Source: a virus
IMG/VR virus record: IMGVR_UViG_3300028416_000485
DNA: 64,000 bases
Strand: one strand, 5' to 3'
A program made the position numbers and the translations under genes. Numbering within the stretch: the stretch's first letter is position 1; each line of letters begins with the position of its first letter. Shown here piece by piece: positions 35,866 through 47,800 of this stretch. The notes under the pieces are model-generated. The model had not been told where the DNA came from. It did not search any database and was given only the letters and a program-made list of their open reading frames with translations.

Positions 35866-38800
35866 TCGTGGTAGCGATATTGTTTTGTCTGTTATAAATC
35901 TAGCTATTTGATTTTCACTATCTGCTAGAGTTTTTCCTGTATCATTCCATATTCTTCCTGTTCGACGAACAACTTCAATAAATGTTCCGTCTGCAGGAGG
36001 GTCAATATAATCTGCAAGTGTTAGCACGGTTACTGTGCCGCTTTCTGTTGATATATTTTCAATAGTATATTCAGGATCTATTGTTACATCTGCCTCAGGT
36101 GAATCTTGATCTACTGTTTTGTCAAATGTTATAATGTTATCTTTACGCAATCTAGCTCCAGCTAAAAATACATCAATCTCGTTAATACTAGTTGGAACAA
36201 AATCAAGTATAAACTCCTTGGTACTAGCATCGCCAACAAACATAGTTTTAGATGTTTCGTCTTTGTAAGGAATATTTTCTTCTATACCCTGGCCTTGTAC
36301 TTTTGTTGCTGTTGAATATTGTTCTTTAATGCCTGTGCCTAAAGTACCTCTTCTTATCTGTCTAAGAAGGTTGCCATCAACACTAAAATATTCAATACGC
36401 TCTTTGTCTATCCAAACAACACCCGGTACACCCAATGCCTTGTTAGGTTCTTGAATACCTGTACTGTCAACTAGTTGAATATTAGAATCATAATAGTTTA
36501 ATGGTTGTTGCAACTCGTATTCGTTGTCTTTATTTAAACGCTTGAAGTGGAATCTATTTAACATATCTTTGAAAATACGATATCCAAACTTAGGATTACT
36601 TGTTAATCCTGTAAACTGCAATACTTCAACTTTGTCATTTGATGTAACTTTACTGTAAAGCTGAACGCCTGTTCCACTAGCATCAAGTGAATAATCGTTT
36701 TGTGGCGAAAGCAATATTCCATTTTTAAATACCCAAACAAAGTTTGCACTTAATGCAGGTTTTTCAAGTTTGATAAATCCTCTGCTTAATAAGTTTTTAT
36801 CAATATAAAACTGTGTTCCAGCAGGTGCTTGATTTGTATTCCAAACAATATCATATGTATTTCTTTCAAATCCGTTTATATCGTGATTACTGAATACATA
36901 GATGTCTATAGTTTCCCAATCAGCTGGTGCTTCAGTTAATGATAAAATATCTGTTTCTATAAGAGTAATATCTCCAATAACTGCTTTTGTACTATCATTT
37001 TCCCAACTTGCTACAATCTCCGGTGTGTCGTCAATACTTTTTAGTTGGAATAATTCTCTAATATATCCTTGTAGTTCTATTAATAGTGTTGAACCTGATC
37101 TACTAAACTTTTCAACACAAGCAATAACTGTAGTACTATCATCAGCCAATTCAAAACTTATATCTTGCCCAACTACTGGATCATTAACTGCTGTGCCATT
37201 TTGTATTTCTACTGTTGTGTTTATAAAGTAATATTCTGCATCTCTAATAATAAAGATTTCTAATGTATCTCCAATAAGTCCAACATTGTTGTTAAGAAGT
37301 TCTACTCTACCGTTTGCAGTATCATAATAGTAATCAAGAACATTAACAATAGAACCATTAATATAAAGTATAACATCTGTATTTCTAACGGCTGTTGTAT
37401 CTTCAAACTGCCATCTATCAATATCATATGATCTATTACTATCTATTGTATATTTTTTTCTATAGCCTGCATTTAAGAATCTACCATCTCCACGCTTGAC
37501 TAAAATATTATGTGCAAGAGGCTTATTAATAATAGGCAATGCAACATCATTTGTAAATCTATGAACTTTATTTTGGCCATCTGTTGCAAAGGTATTGTCG
37601 ATTACCATCTGACTGTATTGGTTTACATTACCATCATATATTGTATATCCAATAATTTTGCCGGCAGTTATTTTAATCGGAAACTCCAGCTGTGCTGTAT
37701 TGTTATCTGATTCTGTAAGCCCGTAGTCAGTTGTATCATTTTGTAATACACCATTGATTGTTACAAAAGAACTTAATCCAGTTTTCCATGTGATTGGCAA
37801 ATCGTATATAAAAGTGTCACCAGTAGAAACAATATTATCACTATCAAGTAAATCAACTCCGTTAGTTCCGATTGATAGTATAGAAAGATTTTTTCCTGCA
37901 TCTAGTGCTGTACTATCATTTAAACTTATAACTTTGTTTTCATAATCAACATTTAGATCGTTGTTATCAATAATATCGCTGTCAACTTTTACAATCAGTG
38001 TAGTATTTGATTGTGGAAAACTATCAAACTCCCATTCGATAGTTGTGCCATCTGTGATATAGTTTCTAACACTAATAACACCTTGTCCGTCTGAACTTCT
38101 ATTGTACACTTGAATATCAACTGTATCTAGTACTTGTCCCGGAACTTGTTCTTCTGGTCCTTTACTGTTTGTTTCTGTAACAAATCCGTCGCCATCAACA
38201 ACTATATCTCCAGAATCTATTCCAGTTGCAGTTGTATATTCAAAGTTTCCACCTTGCAAACTTACATCAAATGCTGTTGACTCTGGAGTAAAACTACCAT
38301 CACTAGTAGATTTTCTAATGATCACAATATCGCCGTCTTTGGTTTCTATAACATCACTATCTAAGAATATAGTATTTGTAATATTGTCGCCTTGTGGTGA
38401 TACCATTTTTGCATTTGGATTAGCTGTTACACTAACTCCGTCATATGCAGGATCATCTATTCTTACATTGTTAAGATACACGTTGTATGTTACACCTGAG
38501 TCTAAAACACTACTCAGTGTTATTATTTGAGTACTACCATCTAGTGTAATAATCTCGTCTTCGTAGTTAGTGTCAAATGTATCAAAATCAATACCAAACC
38601 CGTTTGCATCAAATCCGGTATTTTCTCCAAAGCCGATACTATCCATTTGTACGCCGCCGTAATCAACACCGTCCATTAGCTGACTTAGTTCTTTTCCTGG
38701 CATATTTGTAGTAGGCTTATAGAAGAAGTTTATTCTATCTTCGGCTGTTAATAAACTAGATGATTTTTTATAGTTTATAACAATCTGAGCATTATTTGCA

Positions 38801-41800
38801 GGTGCATTTGCAAATGTTATTTTACCACGAAATCTATCAAAGGTTTTGGTTGTATCAATAACATTTGATGATACAAAATCACTAAGTAACTGCGGTTCGC
38901 CAGCTACAGTTATTGATATATCAGCACTGTTTGTACTCAATGGCCATTTTAAACTAAAATCAGTTAAACCACCGTTGCCAACAAAAGTTTCTGTTTCATC
39001 TAATGTAGTAAAGTAATATGCACCAACAACTCTATCAAACTTCATTAACATATGAGTTGATCTGATTACACTGTTTCCTATTTGTGCATAAACAACTGCA
39101 TCAACACCATCCTCTGTTAAACTTCCGTTTATTGTTACAGTTGGTGTTGTAAAGTATTTTGCGCCTGTAGTATTAACTTCTATATATTGTATAGAACCGC
39201 CGCCGATATAAGCAAGCCCTTCTAGTGTTGGGCCGCCGCCTCCGCTTACTGTTACATTTGCAGTGTCAGTATATCCGCTGCCGCCGGTGTAAACCACAAA
39301 CTCTGTTATTTCAAATCCAACATTATCTAACCAATGCTTTTGTGGATATGTAGTTGTAGTATCATTTATACCAGTAATGCCATTGTTGAAAAACTTAATA
39401 GTTTCGCTAATAATCTGTCCACGCTCTGCATCATAACGAGGTGGTAAATCAAAATCAGTAACACTAGTTTGTGTTGGTTCTGTTCTACCATAAGAACTAA
39501 TATATTCTCTAATCTTAGTACTATACGGTTTTACTTCTTCTATGTAATCTTGATAGTTTGGAAGATTGTCGTTTTGATATGTTACTTTTTGTGTAAGCTC
39601 TCCGACATTGTGTTTTGCAACTACAAAACTTGATTTAAATATCCAATCTAAATCAACTTGTTCGCTCATTGCATATCTAATGCTACTAAAGAATAGTTTG
39701 TTCCATTCTACTTCTAGCTGATCAACAAATAAGTTATCTCTTAGTGCATATAGTATTATTTTTATTTCGTCTGTTGGTTCGCTATCATATAACGATATAT
39801 CATAGATTATATTATCAAATCCAACTGCATCGTTTTGATATAGTGTATTGCTAAACTCTATTGTACCATTTTGTCTACCTACTACTTTATAGTTAATAGT
39901 ATAGTCTACTTCAACTTGATTGTCAATCTTTTCTAATAATATCCAGCCGCCGCTGCCAATATTTTCAATCTTAACAGTATTTCCTAGTTTATCGTCTAAT
40001 GCTTCAAGTGCATAACTTCCGTCAATCACAAAATCAATAGATGTAACTTCGTTATATCCAGTTGAATACCAATCAACATATCTCCAATACTTGTTAACAT
40101 CATAGCTTTGAATATAGTTTCTAAACCATTCCTGTGTAGAAGACATCCAGTTGTACACTGCCCATAGGCCGCCTACTTCGGAGTCAGTTGTTACAAGGAC
40201 ACTAAATGGACGCACAATAAGCGTAGTATCATTTAAATAGTTTTTGCCACCATCAACTACTTCAACTTCAATAACTTGACCAAGATTGTTGATGTAAGTT
40301 TTTAACTCTGCGCCGGAACCTTGTCCTTCTACAGTTACAGTAGGACCATGACGTTTGCCTGTTGTATAGTTACTATCAACATATCCTCTACCAGATTGCG
40401 TAATAGTTGCACCTGTAATAGTTCCATCAACAATAATAGGCGTAAGAGTTGCTTGTTTGATTTTTGCAGTACCTACAAATCTCAACAAACTTTCACTGTC
40501 AATTTGAGTATCCCACTCATTGCTAAACTTACTTGGAGGAGTTTCTGTTTGGAATAATGGAGAAATATCAAAATCATCAACTATTGTATATTGAGACAAT
40601 ACTCCGTTTACTCTTTCAACAACTTGTTTTAATGCTTCTTGTCTATTAACAAAAATAGTTTGATTTGGATTATTTAAAATACCGTATCTTTGAGCAACAC
40701 TAATATTTAAATCAGGCAGAACTCTTCCGTTTCTGTCGTAGCCTGCTAAACTATCAACCCACTTGTCGACAATGTCATTGTTTGGCTTGCTAGATGCTAA
40801 TCCTTCAACAACTAATGCATACTCGCTGTGAATATTTCTATTTTCTGCATTGTCTTGAACATAGTAATCAACATGCAAAATAGTATCTTTGTCTTTTACT
40901 AGATTTTTTATATTATGTAATGCAAACTTTTTGCCATCGAGTAATGTAACATGTCTATAACCTTGTCCTGCTGGATCTGCTATTAAGTTTGCAACATCAA
41001 ACGAACTAATCTTCCTGCCATATGTAGTAGGCAGTGTATTTTTATTCTTAACCCAGAAATAATATTTTGGTGCAAATACATTTGCTACACTATCATATAC
41101 TCTTGCTCTTACATAAGAATCATCACTGTATAATGATGTTCCACTTATGCTGCTGGCTAAGCCTTCGGTAGTATCAGCTATTTGATCCCATTCGCTTGGT
41201 AACAAGTCACTCTCAACCCATTCGTATACATCTACACTAAATCCAGGAATAATCTGATTCCATGTATTTGATTTATATTGTATACTTCCTTGATATGGAT
41301 TATACCACTTTATAGCATCGAGATTCCACCATAGTTTTCCAACCTGTTGTTTCCCCCAAAGATCTGATACACCGGTATCTCTAGTACCAACATTGTAAAC
41401 TGCTGGATCATAATAAGTTTTATAACTAAGTTCTTGTTCTGCCGGTCCGGCAATACGGCCTGCTATTGGATCTATGTAATCAAGATATGTGATTAAATCA
41501 TTTGTGTTTGTATCATATAGCCACACACCTTTGATTTTATCAATATCAACATAACTATCGCCTTGACTATTAATATTCCAAGCAGTAGCATTTAAATCAG
41601 TTCTATGATCTTGAATCAGTCCTGTTTTATCATCAACAGTAGTTCCAATCGAAATAACATACAAATGATTTCTATTTAATACACTTAATATATTAGAAGA
41701 ATCAGATATGTCTACTTGTGAATAAAGTTTTTCAGCATATACTAACTTGTTGTTTAATGTTTCGTATACATAAACTTGTCCATTATCTTTGATTTTATCA

Positions 41801-44800
41801 AATATATTTGTTGCTTTATTATCAAACTCTGTAAGTTCTTGATCAAATGTTACATATGCTGCGGTATCGCCGTTGCGACTTGTTACAGCAAGTTTATTAG
41901 AGTTAAAACTTACATTTGTGCCAAATCTTTCAGTCTTTTCTCCGTTGGGTGCAAGCAATATTTGATCTTGAACATATGCTTCGTTTGTAAGTTTGTATAC
42001 ATATACTGCACCATTGTAAATACCATTGATATTTGATAGCTGTGCGCCTATTGCTATTTTAGAACCATCGTCATTTAAACTTAATGTAGTTCCAAACGCT
42101 TCGTTTTCGGTTGCAGGGTTGATGTTTTCGTCAAACACAAATCTGCCGTTTGTTTTTCTATAGATTGCAATACGATATTCGCCGCCGTTTTGTATACCAC
42201 CAAGTGCCAATACTTCGCCATTTTTACTAATATCATAAGTTGTGCCGATGCCCAATGCATTTAAAAAATCACTACTATCGTTAAGAGCTGGCGCTGTTTC
42301 TTCTGAAGAATCAGGAACATAACCTAAATAATCAACATATGTATCAAGTACGTCCCATTGACTGTTATCAAAAGGATTACCTGCAAGTACTGTTGTATTA
42401 GCTTGACGAAGTTCGCCTTCATAGTAGACAATATTATTAGGAATATATTTTGCAATACTTTCCCATTCACCTTTGTAGTTTGTGTCTCTTGAATATGCAT
42501 AAGATGTTACAGCATCTTGCCCTTTGTTGTTAACAAAGTAAACACGGCCGTTGTCTCTAAGACTTCTAATAACAGTATTATGTTGGAAATCACTTGGAGA
42601 AGCTGATTTAATTGCAATACCAAACTGTTCGTTTTCTGTTGGATCTGGACTTAGAATAATGTCTACTAAATCAAAAGACTGATCTATTAGTCTTTTATAA
42701 ATGTAAACCACGCCTTGGTTTGCATATCCAAGACTTGTTCCAGATGTGTCTGTAACTATTAGTTCTGATATTTCCCAATCTTGACTTAGTAGATTAATAG
42801 TAGAACTTTCTGCTGTAACATTAACTAGTGCTCTCCATATTGCTCCACGTTGACTTACATAATCGCCTGCTAGATAACTTTCTCCTTCAGTAAATATACC
42901 TCTATAACGTGTTTTAACATTAGCAGCAGTTGGTGCGCCAACATACAAATACTGACCATTGTCTGTTATTTCAACACTTGTACCAAACGCACCACCATCA
43001 TGATGATTAGACAATGGTTCTAATGTCTGTTTTAATTTAAATTCACTGGCTTCGCTGCCACGAGTATATACATAAACTTTGCCATCATCTTTATCAGGTG
43101 TTCCAACTGCCAATGTAGTATTATTGTTGCTAACAGATACAGCTGATCCAAACTCCCTATTGTCTATTTCAGGTGCTGTAATACTTTGTTTAAAACTACG
43201 TATAATACTGCTGTCGTATACTCCAAATGTTCCGTTTCCAGTATTGTCAACCCACACTCTATCATCATCGTCTAAATCATAAAGTTTAGTAATATTGTTT
43301 ATATCTGCAGGAGTTGATACTCTACGTGATGATAGTTCTGATACTATTCCAAGAGTGCTATCTGCTAGGTCAATAAAATCTTCAGTTATTGGATTATCTA
43401 GTTGTATCTCAATATCTGTATATCCAATATTTTGTACAATCCAAAAGCCATTAACTTCATTATTAATATTATTGAATCCAACAATATCGCCTTCTACAAA
43501 CGTAATAGGCTTACTAAAGTTTGCTTTAAATCCTAATGTTGTCTTTTCAATAGATTCAATAGATATAGGCGATACAATATGCTTGTAAACATTCCACGAT
43601 TGTGCATCTTTTGGTACCCATATATAACTACCAATATCAACACTATCAATATCTAAAACCAACATATCGTTTTTTGTAGTTGTTAAAAAGTTCACTTGAT
43701 CTAGTTTAACATAACCAGCAGTTTTAGTATATTCTGTACTATTTGTTGTTAACGGCAACGATGTATGTGCATAATCATCTGGTGAAAGATAAACGTCTTT
43801 TCTTGGATATTGATAAACCAAGTCTGTACGTATTGAATCTACAGTTTCAACAAACTCTATAAGTTGTGGTTCAATTCTAAACTGGCTTTCGTCTAGTTTA
43901 AATTCAACTTCGTCATAACTTGTAGTTGCGCCGTATCTACCAACACGTATTGCCCATTCTTCGTATAGCTCTACACTATCAGTGTTTGCTGATCCAAGTT
44001 TATCAAACAGTTTTGTAATAGCGTTTGATGTACCTTTGTCTTGTATAAATCCTTGATAAAACTTATACTGACTAACATCGTCTTGAATAATGTTAGCAAG
44101 GTATTCACGCTTTTGATACCCAATAAGATGCTGTGCTAATCTTTGTTGTTCGCTATCAAAGTTGTCAGTATCTAAGTCGTAAAAATCTGCAAACTGATTT
44201 GCCCTGTAATCCCAGTTTGGTTTTAGTTCACTTGTAGGTTTACTATCTAGTCTACTCCAGTTTCCGTTGACAAACTCCTGTGTGCCGCTGTGTGTAAACC
44301 TAGCTGCATAGTAAAATTCTTTGTATTTTACTAGTTCGGCAGTTTTATAATCTTTGTAACTAGTCCATTCAGTAACCTTAGCATCATCGTATATAAATCC
44401 AGGAATATTTAAACTACCATTCCATTCATCAGTTCTATAACCTACAACTTTTAAACGCTCTTGTCTATATCCAGTTTCAGGAACATATATTGTATCATTA
44501 AATACTGTTGTATTATCGATCAATACAAGATGTTCTTTTTGTATCAGCGGTAGTTTAATAAGATAGATGCCTTCTTCATTTGATGTTAAACTAAATTTGT
44601 TGCTATTATCTCTATATATACTAGAACGATTTTTACTAACTACATTTCCATTTTCATTTAACACTGCAAATCCATAAAGATTATTATGTACATTGTCAAC
44701 TACATAAAACTCTTTTTCAAATTCAATCTGATTAGCTAAAGGTGATAAAGTTATCGTACTAGTATTTGCCCAGTTTTGTGTTATCCAAAATAGAAACTCT

Positions 44801-47800
44801 TTAGATGCTAGTTGCCAGTTTTCAACTGTTTCGGTTGTTTTGTTAAAATATTCAAACTTAAATCCAATGTCTTTTAAATATTTTTGATATCCTAATAAAA
44901 AGTTAACTACTTGCTGTTCATCGTTTAATATTGTTCCGTAGTCAAGTGTTGATATTTCATTTGTAAAAGACTTTCTAAAATAGGCGCCGCGGCCACCGTT
45001 TTCAGGTAAGCTCGGTAGCGGTGTATATAAACTTAAATCAAAGTCAGTTGTTGTAGTATGATTTGCATTTACTCTATAATATCTATCGTTATATTCTACA
45101 AGTTTACCGGCAACTAAAAACTTATTTTCAGTCCACGTTATATATGCTTCACTTATACCGCCGACATTTACAAAAGGATCATTTGCACTTTCTCTTGGTA
45201 TATTATATTTAAAATACGGAGTATCTTTATCATATCCATTTATACGATATCCACTTTGTGTTCTTTCAATAATCACACCACTATAAGTTGCTACTATTTG
45301 GGGACTAGAAGTTCTCAAAACAATGTTATAGTTTTCATCCGGAACAAATATGTTTCCTTTATTCAACGGAGTTTTACTATCTAATACTAGTTTTAGTTTG
45401 TTCTTTTCGGCAAACCCAGCAAGTTTAAATCCTATTTTATTATCTAAAAGTTTTAGATTATTAGTGTATGTGGTATACGGATACAAAGAATCTGCATTAA
45501 TATATTCACTAATATAGTTTAAAAATCCTGCACTTACAGCATTTTCTATTTTAGGAAATATTAAATCCGTTGTGTTTATTCTTTTGTTTGTAGCAGTATA
45601 GATTAAGTTTCCAGCAATGTCACGCTGTGTTCTACTTCTGTCAAATCCAACACCCATTGTATGTGCAGGTCTAACGATCAATGCAGCAATCATCAAGCTG
45701 AACGGATAACCACTGCTTCTTCTCCACGCTGTTTCAGTTGGTGCTTCGTCGCCAAACTCAAATAGATTTTGACTTTGTGGTGCATAACTGAAGTTGCTTA
45801 CGTATCCGCTTTCTAAAGGTGATATTAGTTGGCCATTTTCATTGACTGGAATATGCTTTAGTAAGTTATGTCTAATATATTTTTTATTTCTTAGTATTGT
45901 TTTACCAGGTTCTCTAATCACGCCGTTTTGCAGGTCGGTCCAAAGTATTAAGTTATTGCTTGTGTAAGGGGCTGGGCCATAAACGTTTTCCCACCATGCT
46001 GGTTGTATTCCGTATCCTAACATTTCCCAAGGATGTGTATGCGGGCGATCAGTATCAAATGCCTGTCTATAAATGCCGCGCCAAAATCCTGGTACTGCTT
46101 CATTGCGGTCATTTGTACTTCCTGTATAGTTATAAGTAAAACTATCTCCTTGTACTATAAAGTTATTTTTAGTATAATCAGAAATCTTTGCAACATCAGT
46201 CCAGTCAATAAAATCTTTGATAATAATATTATTAATTTCTTGTGATGATATTTTTGTATTTCTATCTGCGCCACCTACAATATCATTTATGTCAAATATA
46301 TCTGGATTATAATCAACTTTTAGATTATTAAAAATACGCTTTTCCATTTCTAAAATCAAATCGTCTCTATAATCGTTATAAGCAAGTGTAATGCTGCCGT
46401 CATGGCCTCTAATAACAGTTTGCGGAGTTTGATAGCTAGAGTCAACAAATAGTTCAGGAACATATGCCGGGAACATTCCTATTTTTGTAGGCGTTGGTGG
46501 AATAAAACTACCTTCAGTATTATCATATTCGTGTATAGTTAATATATCGCCATCAGTTAGTGTTGCTGAAATATCTACAAATCCAGTTCCTGTAAATGTA
46601 TAATCTTTGTTAAACACAAGTTGTTGATCATTTAGATATATGTACAAGGCTTTATTACTAATGGCAGATTTATCAAATACTGTTGATAGTGAATAAACTG
46701 TTAATCTACTATCGAGTATTTCGTATTCAATCTTTTTACTGCCGCCTGTAGCTGCCATATCTGTACTATAAAAAGGAGTACTAGTAGTCTTTGTATTATT
46801 GATTTCATTAAAGATAAAATCAACATATTCTTTTACTGTTCCGTTAAATGAAGTTTCGGTTGCTGTCTGTACAAACTGTCTTTTAAACTTAGTATATTCA
46901 TTTAGTGCATATCTAATAGCTGCAACAACATTTGAACTTTTATTAACTAGATGATAAAGTGACAAGTTTAACGGGCCACTGTGCTGAACAAACTTTCGGC
47001 CATATTCGGCAACTGGTCCTAAATCTCGTAGATTGTTTATGCCAGGTTGAATACCTGCAAATGTTGCAACTTCTGAAACTAGTCCTTCAACATGATCATT
47101 TACTTCTCCTAATGTAAAATCTGTAATATTTTTATTAGACGGATTTCTTTCAAAGTTGTGTGGAATCTCATAATATCCATTATTGTTTTTGTCTGCTGAG
47201 CTTTTAGTTTTAATAACAACAATATCAGTAAATCCAATATCGTCAGGAAGTATAACCTTAGTTGTTTTATTTTCGTTGACTGTTTGATAATCAGATTTAT
47301 AACTATTATTGACATATACTTTTATTTCTAAGTCTGTTAGGTCTGCACTATTGTTATAGACATTAATCGGAAATCTATTTGTGTATTCTTCGCCAGTGTA
47401 TTTTTGTATAACATATTGACTACTTTTTATGTTTGCTTTTTTCCAAGCATTAGTGTATGATATAACTTGATTATTATATTCTTGTAAGAAGAAAACATCA
47501 CTACTTATAGTTTTAAAAATACTATTGACTTTATACTTGTAATCTTCTGCAAGTAAAGAAAAATCAAAAACAATATCGCCGATATTTACAAAGTTTTTGT
47601 ATGTAAGCGGAAATCCAAGTTCTGTATCGTTAGCACCTTCTCCTACTCTATAAGTAAAAAGTCTATTACCAGCAAAATCTGTACTATCATAAACTGTATT
47701 ATCTCCTAGGCTATTTCCACTACTGTCAAACAAATCAAACTTTGGTGCTTGATTTAATCCTGTTTTATCTTGAGCCGGTTGCCATCCTGTTGCATTATAC